DNA of 64,000 bases, taken from positions 70,556,001 through 70,620,000 of the forward strand of contig OZ287751.1 of assembly GCA_965649765.1 (NCBI GenBank), in the 5' to 3' direction. A program made the translations under genes and the position numbers. Shown one piece after another: positions 24,109-37,529 of the stretch (position 1 is the stretch's first letter; every line of letters begins with the position of its first letter). The notes beneath the pieces are model-generated. The model was not told the origin of the DNA. It saw only the letters and a list, made by a program, of their open reading frames with translations, and did not search any database. The DNA comes from Bispira polyomma. Its lineage: Eukaryota.

Positions 24109-27100
24109 TCCATTTATGGTGTATTACTTCCTGTCCACTGCTTCTAGCCATTTGTGACCACTAATTAATTAAGAGAGACCAATATGGGAGCAGGACCTAC
24201 TATTACCCCCCTACTCTTGCACTGATAGATTAATTTGTTAAGCTTAGTGAACTGGAATCAGATGTAGCTTTATGAATGGCTGCATTGACTGTTTTGGCTG
24301 ACATCTTTGGTCGATACACGTACAAAGATAATACAATGAGGATTCTGTAACAAATAATAAATGGATTTAGGTATCGAATAGAATGTGTAATGTAATAGAT
24401 AAAATTCCTTGACGATTAATATGGCCATTGTGATATGACCAAAGCTTTTGAAAGCGATGTAAAATCCAACTATATTTAAATTATATAACTACATGATATT
24501 TGTCAGATGTGCATGCCCTGAATCATTCTTTGTAGACGTTATTCCTCATTTTCGCTACATCAGTATCTCTGTATAACCAGCCATGTTCTTATGGTAATAT
24601 TTGTAACATTATTTTGTTATAGGGATGACCGCTGAAGGTAAATATGTTGAAATGCCCAAAATATGTTTGAAATATGGACCATTGTAAAAGTGTTCTAATT
24701 AATAAAGATCATTAATCATACAAAATTGAGGACTCAGAAATGTGACAAAATTCTAATGCTGAATGGCAGTGGTTTGCAAATATTGACCAACTACCTATCA
24801 TTGTTTTCTCCGCCAATACAATGTCTGTCGCAATATGATATGGAACTGTTACAGGTGACGTTAAAAAATAATAATATATAAATTTAATATCATAAAATCT
24901 GACCATATCACACCAAATAGAATAAGCAAGTTATTGTGTGTTACACAAATTCTACACAAATAAAATTGAATTCAAGTGTTCAATATATAAGTGGATTGGG
25001 TTGAGTATGATTTTATCATACTTATACTAAATTAACTGAAGGTATATTCAACTATGCCATTTCCCCTTGTTTTTCTTTCAAAATATCACGCCAACAGTAA
25101 TTATACTGAAGAAATAATAAGTGTATTTATTGTATCAATTTCTAATCTAAATTTTTCATGTTCTACAGAAAAATTCTTTTCTAATTTACAGTTTTCATTA
25201 CCAGTTACTGGCATAGCAGTGCAATTGGAGCAATCTAATTAGCTAGCTCTATTGCAGAATTTGTATAAAGATGATTTGGACAATGTAAATAATTTTCCTC
25301 TGCAAAAAGCAAAAAGACTAATGACGTATTTAGAAATGTTTTCGACATAGCAAGATATTACTAACAATCTATAAAAAATGTAACCTTCATATCTTTTACT
25401 AAGTGAACTTATAATGTTACATCTCTTAAGTTGCAGAAAACAAGCATATAAAAATACTATTTTTTTACCTACCTGCCCTTAGAAAATGTGGGGGGAAGGC
25501 TAAACTAAATGAAAAAATGTTTATTTCAGCACAAACTACAAGAGTAGCTTTAATAATAATTTCTAGCATGTGAATATTACTACCTATTATTTAAATCAAA
25601 TATTTGTTAATTGAATTAAACATCATATTTATCTGGCATGACTGATTTTTGCGTAGCTATTCTAGATAGTTGGATCACGCTTTGCTTACTAATTATTGTA
25701 ACACTATATATCAATTAGGAGTATTTTTAGCTGTTCAATATATTAACAAACATATATGTTTAAAGCTACTGCAGTTCCAGTAAAGGGTAAAGATAAATTA
25801 CAGAAGTTTGATCATATAATCTAACATGCACAACATACAGAACTCCTCTTAAACAGCTGTCGACGGGTTTGCAATAATAAATGGCCCCTCTTTCAACTGA
25901 TCCTTTACAAGGAGACAATGTGTCTTCGTTTATTGCTAAGTTTATAAAGGGAACTGACGTTCTGAGAGGACAGAGCCAAAGCTGATGATTAGTCATGCTC
26001 ATAAATTGGCTCTATTTTAAGAGACTCAATTAATCAATCTTCCATAATTCATTGTGGCACTGTTAGCTAAGGATGTGGATTATACTAAAATGGCTAGCGA
26101 AGTGAGACTATTTTATCCAGTTTAATCAATGCTTGAAGTAGTCCCATTTTATTTATAGAAGGTACTTTGTTAGACCTACAGAACATTTTCAAACATTATA
26201 CTGTAATGTTTCTGTGCAGTGATATATTTAACTCATAAATATAATGTCTTTTGTGTGTCACCATGACTTAAGGTCTCCGTGAAGCCAGTTGGAGTATAGG
26301 ACTTGATAGTTTTGTTCCAGTGATTTATTATAAATGCATAAAATATTAGGGTGACCAACGCATTTAGTAGAGCACACACCTCCAGCATGGAGACCTAAAG
26401 TTGAAGAGGTCTGTGCATCAGAATAGGAGGAATATTTCTAGTCAGTTTCATTACAATTTAAACTAAACAATAAGAACTCGTTATTCACTTAGATACAGAC
26501 TTCGACCTTTCTAAAGGCATATCAAATGTAGACGAATAACTTATTTCACCCAACCAACTATTTCCCAGTAGTTTTCTCAAAGTCTGTAGATGAATAACTT
26601 AATAACAAAATCACTTGTAGTTTTAAAGGTACCTATATTAACCAGTAAAAGCTGTCTTTAAAAAAAGTATGAAAAAAGTTAAACGTTGATATGGCCATAT
26701 ATATACTGAAGTATTTGTTTTTAATAATCATATACTATTGATATAATGCTTTATTTGATCTTAAATGTGTTAATATTTGCCTAAAAAATACAATTTCAAT
26801 CTACAATCTTTTCACCATTTCGAGAAAAAACCTGGTAAACAAAATGTTATTAGTACTGGTAATTGTTTTACACAAATATCTTTATCAGTAATAACGTGAA
26901 AGTGTCCCTTTTGCCCAAGTTTTGACCAAAACACATTGGATATACTCTGTTAGTAGGAAACAGTAGCTTATATTAGACAGCATCTGCTTTTCCCATTTGG
27001 TTGCACTCTTGTTTCCAACACTACACTTCTCCTCGTGTTAGTAGCCCTTTTTATGTTACTAATGACCAATAATGATGTTAATTGAAGGTTGTCTCATTGT

Positions 27101-27141
27101 CATGTGACTTTACACAGTGGAACCTGTATTGAGATCCAATA

Positions 27142-27338
27142 ATTACCTCCGATAATGAGGCAATGTCTTCATTGATCGTGTTTGTTTGTCATCAGGATTA
27201 CAGCAAAAAAATACTGTCCCGATTTATATGGTTTTTGGTGGAAGAATGGAGCATGGGGATAAGGACAAATCTGGGTGGAAGGGGTGATAACTTTTTGACA
27301 CATTGGCAAAGGTATGCATACTGAGTGCCCTTCTGGTT
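27142..27338 (+). mobile_element. Helentron-type non-autonomous element (HINE/DINE-1-like)
   Basis: Sub-terminal inverted repeats TACCTCCGATAA / TTGGCAAAGGTA, a GTTT microsatellite seed, a 3' hairpin GCATACTGAGTGC and a TT end. Confidence 0.62.
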
Positions 27339-28089
27339 TAGAAATTGTCTTTGTTGTAATAACCAGTTTCTTCTTCTTTATCACATAATCAAATGTTTGT
27401 TGTACTTGACTGAGTGAAGTCATAGATATATACCCTTCTAAGCTGTTTAGGAAAGAGACACTTCTGTATTTGGTAGTTATACGTATATTTAACAATAATA
27501 CGGAGACTGATGCATATAAAATGCAGGTGGAACAGTCATTAGCTAAAAATATAGGTATGTTTAAGTCTTCAATAAAGATCGTGCATTAGTGTGACATGTA
27601 AACAATGGAAGACTGAGGCTATTGTTTCAATTTCTATTATTGTTGTACAGTTTGCTTTTCTTAGTTGTGTATAGTGAAAGAGAGATTGCTTTAATGAGTT
27701 CTGTGTCTCCCATTGCCACCTGTTACAGCTGCTTTATAAAATTGTATATTCCTTTAAAAATGATATAAAGCATATCCTAGAGTACAATGTTAAGAATTTG
27801 TTTAGCATAAGGGTGTAAAGGACAACTGTTACTGAGTAACTGTTAATGTTTTTCATTGTAGCAAAAGTTAAAATAGCTTTCCTAAGGTATGTTTTGTAAT
27901 AATACTTCATGTATTCATTGTAAAATCATTAACATTGCTTAAAGTAATGAATATTGAATAAAATACCAAAATTATTTGCCTTTAAATTCGCTATATGTTG
28001 TTTGAGATGTTAAATGTTTTTAAACTAAACATTGTATGTAGAAAAATTAGTCACTTTTATTCTGATAATTTGGTATTCTTTTTTCTATC

Positions 28090-28700
28090 AGCAATGATAT
28101 AAATCTTGCATTGGACTGCAATGAACAGTGGCCCTCACTCTTTTAGATTTCTCAGTAGCCTTCGACACTATTGCCTACTTTGCAACACCCTAAAAGAATG
28201 GTGCAGACTTAATGGCACTGTTCTTGAATGGATCAGATCCTACCTTACTCTTAGAGCACAAAACATTAAACTAGATGATCACGGAGTACACCAGGGGTTT
28301 GTCCTTGGAACTTTACCTTTTACCCTTGATACACATCCTCTCAGCACTGTCATTAATAAGCATAATATAATACACAATATCTATGCTGATGACAATCAAA
28401 TCTAATTCTCTCTCAACCCTCAAAATCTTCATAAAATATAGATCTACTAGCAAACTGTCTGTCCTCTGTAGAGGCATGGATGAAGTACTCAAAAATGAAA
28501 TTAAATCTTGACAAAACTGAATTTATTCTTATTGAGCTCCTAAAACCATTATTTCCCCATTTCCCTTCTGGGTAAACATATGCTACCTTCCGAAAATGAC
28601 CAAAACCTTGGTGTCAGTTCCAACTCTGCCATTTCGTTTGACACGCATATTGCCAACACCTGTTGCTCCTGTACCATGGCAAATATAAAAAAAATGATAA
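28090..28700 (+). mobile_element. L2/CR1 RT fragment, same family as 8945-11744
   Basis: Nucleotide similarity to 10755-11400; VLEWIRSYL, HQGFVLG, IYADDNQI. Confidence 0.85.
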
Positions 28701-29240
28701 GAAATTCTGCGAACCACACTGCTCACTACCAAAGACATATTTACTGTCCCGAAACTTTTCTATATGTTGCTTGTCATTCATTCCATGAACCTATTTGTCA
28801 GGAAAATAGGAATGTTCTCTGAAGGCAATTGGCTCATTAGCCAACTTCCTGCATCTTGTCATTAAGGACTCCACACATGAACATTGGGGCTGAGATATTG
28901 GGTAACAGTAAGACTAATTTAAGACTGGATACTATCTGGCGTCTGCCTTTGTTAATCAAGAGTTAGACAGAAGACACCATGAGGCTGATACTTGAACTGA
29001 AACTTTTTCATATAACAAAAAAATCAACACAAAGCCAGAAAAAAAGCTCAGGGAACCTCTGAATTGATTACATGTGTATTCACAAGAACAAATGGCTTTA
29101 AAGGAGTTTATTATGCTGATGATGAGGTAAGATATTTATTTATACAAAATACCATTAAAAATGTAGGTTCATATTTGATTCAACTGACTCATTCACTATC
29201 TTATCCTGTAAATACTATAGGTGTGAGTTATAGTGGTTTC

Positions 29241-29268
29241 GCCGCCATCTCAGTCGGGAAACTGTAGT
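29241..29268 (-). promoter_or_regulatory. Candidate promoter module: YY1-like and ZNF143/THAP11-like motifs
   Basis: Minus strand reads ACTACAGTTTCCC-GACTG-AGATGGCGGC, in a short CpG-containing patch. Confidence 0.4.
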
Positions 29269-30411
29269 TATTGTAGCAAGTGCAGCTGTCAGGATTCGCC
29301 TGGAATACTTTAACTCCCTTTTTGTATAGCGTCAGAATGTTAATTTTAAAAAGCTCCAAGTAGTTTAACGTTGACTATTCTAGTAGGGTGCCTAAAACCA
29401 TATAACCCTCTTCTCAAAAAATTACTGTTTGCTTTGAAATTAAATTGATAGTAATAGTGATATAGTAGGGCGCCCAAATCCGTATCACCATCGTCTCGAA
29501 AAGAATTACTATTTGCTTTAAAATTAAATTGATAGTGATATAAAAATGCCACCAAGCAATTATTTAAAATTAAATCCAAAATTATGACTATGGAAATGTG
29601 CTATGGAAACTGCTCTAAATATCATTACATAATACTTATTTTGTATTTGTGTTCCTTTTGGTACTGATCCGGTGATAATCGTCCACATTTTAATCAGGTC
29701 AACCTGTATTTATGTATGATAATTTATTACTATACCTCGATATTATAGAAAGCTTATAAACACATTTGTTGATGCACTTGATGGCTACAAGTGACGGTGA
29801 TACCAGTAGATTTAAGTTTATGAAGGTGTTAAAAGACAGAGGCACATATGGTCATTTCAGCTAACTAGGGTTTGACTAACAGCCAGAACAACTTATTACT
29901 CAATGTGAACAGTCAGAAGAATAAGACTGAGACCAAGACAGACTGACTGACATACAGTGTACAAAATAATATGATTTGAGCTAAAAGTTTAAAATTGTAA
30001 GTAATTATAAACTAGCTCTTGCTTGTGACTAGTAAGTTAAAAGAACAAGTGAGCAAATGCCCTTTACCTACAAGGTCAATACCCATTAAGTAAGTTATTT
30101 GTAAGTTAAGTTTGAAACCAAATAGCCAGCATCAATGACTTAAAAGGAAAAACTCAGACATAAAGTTGCCAGATAATGTAAGTTGATTCAGAGTCCAACA
30201 AATTTATAACCTTTAACACAAGAAAACATATGCAACAGCTTTGGGAGTTGTTTTTTACACATGTTTTAGCATCATTAAGACTGTACAAGAGACTAATTGA
30301 TTAGTCTATTGCTGTTAATAAAGTTCATGTATTTTAAGAATATGAGGATATAGCAATTGAATAAACATATTAAAATATTTTATAAAAACAGATCTTGTTC
30401 CTGGTTGATGA

Positions 30412-30642
30412 AGGGGCCGCGATGGCCTAGTGGTTAGCAAGCATTGCGCTTCACAATTACTGGTCTCTCCCCTCTGGTTCGAATCCTGTCGATTCCTATG
30501 TGGGAAAGGTGGTAGTTCCTTACTGTGGGCCACAGAACCTTGACCGACTGTATGCAGTGTTTCCTCCAGCGTTTCCAACTACCCGTCCCAATATAACCTA
30601 CTAAAAGGTACTAGAGTGGACGTTAAATATCCAAATTCAAAA
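30412..30642 (+). mobile_element. tRNA-derived SINE, copy 2, with 13-bp TSD
   Basis: TCCTGGTTGATGA at 30399-30411 and 30643-30655. A box TGGCCTAGTGG; B box GGTTCGAATCC; same body and tail as 7174-7420. Confidence 0.92.
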
Positions 30643-31679
30643 TCCTGGTTGATGATTTGATGCAGTCATTTCACTTAAATTATCTCTTAATATAATGTTT
30701 ACAGTTCTTCATACACAGTCCATGAATGGCCTTCCAGTCAATCAGCACTTGTGGATTAGCATAACTGCTGAAATTCTGGTTGACCCTTACGAACATTTTT
30801 GTCTTGTTTGGTCTATTTCCAAGCCAGTTAAATTTCACACTACCCCACTAATGCAGTTTACTTTGCAAGGGAAACTTTGCAAAGCCCATTTCCACCACTT
30901 GGACATTATGAAATACTTCCAGGTAGCAGTGCTTCTAGAAAGATACCATACTGAATAAGCCACTACCTCAGGGGCTTTTTAATGGACGAATATTTTATAC
31001 TGTCGGTGAAATTCAATGTGAACTACTTTCATAAGTCTTGAGTTTCAATTTTCGAACAGTCAGAAAGAATTTGCACAGATGAGGTTTAATGTCCATTGTG
31101 TGGATACTACATATTTATAACATAAATAAATGGAATACTAGACGTCTCTTGTATACATAATTAACATACAAGTTCTAGGACTGTCATTTAACATGGGGCA
31201 CCTCTTAAATAGACCTTAATAATTCAAAATCACGTCATTGCTTTATAATAAAAATGGTGTGCTTTCACTACATTATTTCAAAATAATGGTCAGATAAATT
31301 AATCGGAGGGCTCACCACTTGGGTTTTATAGAAAAGCTAGACTGACGGGGAAACTAGCTGCCTAATTGCATCCTTTTCAATGTCACTGAAGCTTCCATAC
31401 CTAATTACCATTATTATGTCCCTTATGTTACTTCAGAAGATCAAAAAGATATCTAGCATTTTTTTGCTATTCACTAAGGGTTAAGGAATCTTGAGTCACA
31501 CCGTAGCTGACTGGATAATTCTGACCTTTTTTTGTTTATAAAGTTGAGATGCACAAATCCATTTTACCTATACTATGCGACGATCAATGGTTACAAAGTG
31601 AAAGTATATAGAAAGGATGATTTTATTGCCACTAATCCAGAATGCATTAAAAGTGGAATGTGAATTTATATAGGCTTGA

Positions 31680-31857
31680 AGTCACTTTCTTTCAACACTC
31701 ATTCGAGGAAACTATTTGTGCTAAAAATCACTGACCTACGGAAAGTACCTGAAAACATTTCCTTATTAATGAAGCAATAGGAGTTGAACCCTCTGTCCTC
31801 AGAGATGAGCAGCTAGTGATGTATCAAATCAGACACTTATACCTACTGAGCCACTGC
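31680..31857 (-). mobile_element. Older tRNA-derived SINE of a different subfamily
   Basis: Minus-strand A box TGGCTCAGTAGG and B box GGTTCAACTCC, followed by a decayed body. Confidence 0.6.
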
Positions 31858-32649
31858 AGTCATTTACACTGAACTCCCTCAACACCCACACATACACAGA
31901 TATTAAGGTGCTCACATTCATTTAATTAAAAAAATGGCTGTATATGTGAATAATTCACACCAGTCCACTGTCACACCTAGACATTTGATTTTGAAAGCAT
32001 ATATATCTCTTAAAACATTTCCATGTTTTGTCTCCTTATAGTGATTTAGAACAACAGACTTCCCCCCCCCCCCCCCCGACATTTTCTCATTGTTCTATTT
32101 TACCACCTTTTACCTGCAATCTTACTATCACACCTACTGTCTCCACTTAATTGTCACATGTTTGGTTGTGTCACATGTCACAACTCTTTTATAGTTTGTA
32201 GTAATTCTAGAGTTTCCTCTGGAAATAATCTTCTACATCTTTGTCATTATAGAATACATGTTTGGTTGTTATAACTTCACATATACTTTGTAGGGTTAAG
32301 TACCATTAAACTATCATCACATGTGATTTCTTCCAAGCAAACTAAGGTTTTGGGTAAACTATTAGTCATCAATCCACCAGTTGGTCCATGCTAAATATTT
32401 GGTTAAACTTTGGTTACCAATCCAACAGTTGGTCCAGGTTGCATATTTGATTAAACTTTGGTTGTAGACTGTTGGGGTCAAGTTTAAGAGCCAATTGAAG
32501 TTCCACCTGTTAATTTAAAGATATTATCATCATCAAACATTGCTAAGCACTTTTATAATATCAAATTTCTAAGGTGCTAGGTTAGTCAGTATCCCAAAAT
32601 CGTAATTGGTGAAATAGAAAAAAAGCATCCACTGATAACACAGAGACCA

Positions 32650-33100
32650 ATATATGCATTGTTAAACAAATATGTTTTAAAAGCAGTTTTAGAAGCTCGC
32701 TGATTTCTAGCAGGGAGACACTTTAGAATGGGTGAAACATTCGAATAACCAGTCTGACATGCCAATGAGTGCTGAATTTGCATTTCAATTTGTCCAAATC
32801 CTTTTTTGACAAACTCAACCACATAACATTGCAGTAACAATTCTGCTACTAACTAAAGCATTGACATCCAAGTTTGTAGCAGATTTGAAGGAAACACATC
32901 CTGATTATTCTTAATTTCTAAAAGCTACAAAGCAAGACCAGCACACTGATTCACAGTGACTAGAGAAGGATAAATCACAGTCAAACAAAAACCCCTAGTT
33001 ACCTCACCTTTTCACCATGGAACAGTAATGTTGCAAAAATATTAACTAGAAAACAAGTCAAAAGTTGAAGATAAAACTCTTATATGGGTTGAGCTTCAGC
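32650..33100 (-). mobile_element. Decayed L2/CR1 3' fragment
   Basis: Remnants LKLNP, FDCDLSFSSHCESVC and TAFKTYLF. Confidence 0.65.
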
Positions 33101-33414
33101 TCACAGTCCAAAACACAAAGTTATCACTTAATACAACCATAATTGACAATGCCACTTATACCCGTAAACTCGGATTAAGTGATGAATACATTTAAAATAT
33201 GGCCATAAATATGACCAGGAAAATAAACATGCTGTATAAGATTGCATGATTCCTAGACAGATGTGAACTGCGAACTGTTACTCAGCTGCATCAACATAGA
33301 TGTTAAAATCACACATCACCTAGAAGTGTAAAATCTGGAGGTTGGGCTTAGCCTGGGCTTCCTTTCAGCAGTCACCGACGTTGGCCGATTTATTAAAATC
33401 TGACATGTTGTAAT

Positions 33415-33720
33415 AGACCTTTGGAATTCTTTACAACATTGGATTTATGAGTCAATACATGTTACTTTGGACATACACTCATACAACATTATTTTGGGAT
33501 GTTTAGAAAATGATGAAACTTTCCCGCTTAGAAACACCATTTGTACAGTTACTAAGGCTTTCATTTTCCAATCCTCCAGTGATTACAAAAATCCACAATT
33601 ACACTTCTTAAAACAAAAGCTAAGAAAGACGTACACTGAACAACTTCTGTTAGCACAATTAAACTGCAAAGATAAAATGTTTACTAAAAATGGTCCAAAT
33701 TCAGTAGCCTGATGAATAAT
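33415..33720 (+). mobile_element. L1/Tx1 ORF2 C-terminal fragment
   Basis: LWNSLQHWI...NIILG...TKAFIF...F..KW pattern of L1/Tx1 C-termini; A-rich tail at ~34770-34790. Confidence 0.65.
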
Positions 33721-34036
33721 GATTAAATATATGCATGAATGTAACTATTAGATAAACATGCGATATATAATATTGTCAAACACGTTGTCTCTAAACATTT
33801 TCATTGATCCGGGCTATAATAATGTGCTCTTGCAATACATATTGATCTGAGTTGCTTACTTAGCCAGTTATATGATAATGTACTCTTTTTTACATATTAA
33901 TCCAAGCTATGTGATTAGCTTGTAATTCGATAATCTGTGCTGGTATTATACATTGATTGGAGTTATGGAGTTGGGTTGTTATTATATTAACATGTGATTT
34001 GATGTACGTCATTTCAATCTGTCAAAATATACATCA

Positions 34037-34560
34037 TTTCAGTCTGTCAAAATAGGCTCCACTCTGTCAGAGTTGTTTAAGCTTGAGGTTGGTGTTCCAC
34101 AAGGGTCAGTTCTGGGCCGAATCTTGTTTTCTTTGTATACTACTCCGCTCAGATATATCATCAGCAAACGTAGCAATATCAAGTACCACTTTTATGCTGA
34201 TGACACACAGCTGTATGCTCATCTCTCATATAAAAATGCCACAACTGTTCTCGACAGTCTAAAAAGTTGTCTCAGTTAAAAAATGGATGTTTGCCAACAA
34301 GCTTAAATTAAACCCAGAAAAGACTGAGTTTATACTATTCGGATCAAGAGCACAGGCTGATAGATTGAAGGATTTTTTTCTAGTCAATATTTTAGGAAAC
34401 ATGGTGTACCCTGCAAGTGCTGTTAAGAACTTGGGGGTGTGGTTTGATTCTACGTTTTCCTTCTCCAAACAAGTTCATGAAGTTTGCAAGTCTTCCTTCA
34501 TCCAAATGAGGGATCTAAGAAGGGTTAGGCGCTATTTGTCAGCCAGTACTGCTACTATAG
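34037..34560 (+). mobile_element. L2/CR1 RT fragment
   Basis: GVPQGSVLG, FYADDTQLY, KLKLNPEKTEF, KNLGVWFD. Confidence 0.9.
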
Positions 34561-36292
34561 TACTGATGTAATTTGATAATGTACTCTTGAATTATGTATC
34601 AATCTATGTAATATACATAGCCTGTTAATTATGTGGTTCGTGCATATCATACAGTTCTATCCTAATAGTTCTGAGTAGAATATGTCAGTTTTGCTCATGT
34701 TACGCAGTACTGTAGCCCTAAACTATTTTGAGAATCTTTTCTACATACATTTTGTATAACTCTTATAGTAAATAAAAATAAAATAAAAAATAACTACTAT
34801 GTAAAATGGTGTGAGATTTTTGTTCCAAAATCGGACTGACTGTTTTTTGTTTTTTTTTGCTCCCTGACTGATAAATTATGTTAGAGCAACAGACGTCTAT
34901 AGACGTCTGATCTGCATCAAATATGTTCAAAGGAAGCACTTGGTAATATTAAGTAATGACCAACGTCGGCCGAGAAAACGTACTGAAAGAAAGCCCAGGC
35001 TTAAAAATATGAATTTTAACAGGAAAGTAGATAAAGAGGAGCCGGTTGGCCTGTATCCAACCATGATATATATGGATATGTTGATTTGATCAGCAAACAC
35101 TTGACACCCAAAGTCCCATGTTACTAATTAATATACACATAATATTAATATATTATACAATGGAGCAACGTTACTCGTGTCAACCTTCAGGTAGGCAGAG
35201 TCTACTCATTTCCCCAAATTATTTTTATTTGGACGAACTGTCAGCCAATGATTCCATAGGTGTTCCACACTGGAGTCAGGGATGTTCTCTTGAATCCATT
35301 CTCTGGATCTTTACCTTTCGGCTCCCAGTCAGTTCAGACCACAAAATTCTAGTGGAACTTGTGGGCAGATGTGGACTTAAAAGTTTTGTAGTTTAAAATT
35401 TACATGACAATATAACATGTACATAGCAATATAACAGCAGTATTGTTAAGCAATATAACCTTATTAATTTTTATTATATAGATATTGTTTGTACAGTCAT
35501 TGTGGCCAATCTGAAACACGACATAGCCATTTATGCTTCACATTTCATTTTATTAATCCACAGCAGCAAGTTTGATATTTAACGGCTCTAATTTCCCTTT
35601 CAAACATTTCTGCTGCCTCAAACTATAGGAATGTAACATGTGTTGTAAAGTTAAAGCAGGGCACACAATGACGTGAACAGATGTTGTAATGCTCCAGTCC
35701 CACTGGATGTTTGTTAGTCTATGTTAACCACGCAAAGCTTACCTCAATATTTGATGCAAAAGTCCACGCACAGTTGTAAAAGTCCATGCAGAAATCCATT
35801 TCTATTTTTCCTTACATCAAACACGTTGTATTTCGTGGAGAAACACGTTTTCTTACATTAATACGTGTGAAGACTTGCAAGTGATGCAAACTGTTACGTT
35901 AAAATGTTTACGCAAAGACACGCAAACATATGTAACACTACGTATATAAATATGTCAAAGGACGTCATATTATGTTTGAGCCCATTAATCATTACGTTGT
36001 GTGTACGTTTTACTACGTCAACTTATGTAAAATGTTACGTTTGCCACATCAAAGTAGGCAAAGTTACATTATTTGATACGTCCAGTGACGTCCCAATGTT
36101 TTTAAAGTACATGTATGTCACTGCACTTTTTCTATTAAGTTGCTTCCCGCACTACAAAGGAGCTATATATTGAGAGATTTTTCACGAAGAATGTTCATTC
36201 ACTTGTGAGTCTTCATATGATAAGGAGCTTACATTTTTCAACAATTAAAAAATTGTTTAACAATAAAATTATTTTATTTTATAAGTATAACA

Positions 36293-37529
36293 ATGGCTGG
36301 AGCTAATTTTCCACTAAAACTTGTTTCAAATCAAGCTATGAATTTGCAACTACAAGGTTTGAACAATGTTGTAAATCTGTTGCAACTTCGTTAGAGGCGG
36401 AGGAGAAGGGCTCAAAGAAGGGACAGGACAGTGTGGGTTAGGCAATGGCTACTTAGACGAAGACAATACGGTTACTATGAAAACCTAATGGCCGAACTAA
36501 AGGCAGAAGATCCAGCTAGTTACAGAAACTTTATCCGTTGTGACCCACAGTTCTTCAGGGAATTGATGAATAGACTAGACAGCAGACTGACCCGTCAAAT
36601 AAACAACTACAACACCCACAGACCAGCACTAGATGTTGGCTTAATGTTGGGCATTACTATGAGATATCTGGCCTCTGGACAAAACTATCACAGTCAGATG
36701 TATGGTTTCAGAGTGGCACATAATACCATATCTAAGGTCATTAAAGAGGTATGTCAGGCCATTGAAGAAGAGTACTTGGATCAAATTATCACCACCCCTG
36801 GTACAGAGGATGGTTGGCGTTATGTGGCTAGTGTTTTTGCCAACAGATGGAACTTTCACAACATCATTGGTGCTTTAGATGGGAAACACATGGCCATTGT
36901 AAAACCAAAAGGTTCTGGATCTCTTTACTTTAACTATAAAAAATTCACATCTATCGTACTCATGGCAGTGGTAGATGCTGAATACAAGTTTATGTAGATC
37001 GATGTTGGTGCCAATGGTAGTTGCAGTGATACACAAGCTGTGGAACCATTCCCCCTTAAAACCTGCTTTAGAGAATCGGTGGCTCACTGTCCCTCCACCC
37101 ACACCGCTACCTGGGGATACTGAACCGGTGCCTTACTTTCTGTTGGCAGATGATGCTTTTGCCCTTACTAAGACTCTGATGAAACCATTTGGGCAAAGAA
37201 AACTCACCCATCCTGAGAAAATCTACAATTACAGAGTGTCATGGGCCAGACGAGTGGTTGAAAATGCCTTTGGCATATTGTGCAACAGAGTTCAATGTTT
37301 CACCACCAAACTTCAACATGATGTGCCCAATACGATTCGTATTACTACGGTGTGTTTTATTTTGCACTTTACGGTGTGCACTTTACGGTGTGTTTACGGT
37401 GTGTTTTATTTTGCACTTTATCTTTCGGTTAAGGTGCCTGGAGACAAGGAGTGGCTCAGAGACAATTATTAAAGATATACTACAAACAGCAGTGGTGCAG
37501 TTCCATGGCAGGATCGTATGATAACATAA
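36293..37529 (+). pseudogene. PIF/Harbinger DDE transposase with stops, a frameshift and an internal rearrangement
   Basis: WVRQWL, YRNFIRC, ITMRYLASG, GALDGKHM, YFNYKKFTSIVLMAVVDA, LADDAF, YNYR.S.ARRVVENAFGIL, and terminal GAVPWQDRM. Confidence 0.93.

Larger units (their letters stand above)
33351..35000. mobile_element. TIR element with perfect TTA TSD (PIF/Harbinger-type) containing LINE fragments
   Basis: TIR GCCTGGGCTT(C/T)CTTTCAG (18 bp, 1 mismatch), sub-terminal CCGACGTTGG at both ends, TTA at 33348-33350 and 35001-35003. Confidence 0.85.

Noticed and set aside
30412-30490. Functional tRNA gene
   Set aside because: A and B boxes continue into a SINE body with a tail and TSD; no convincing cloverleaf or T-run terminator.
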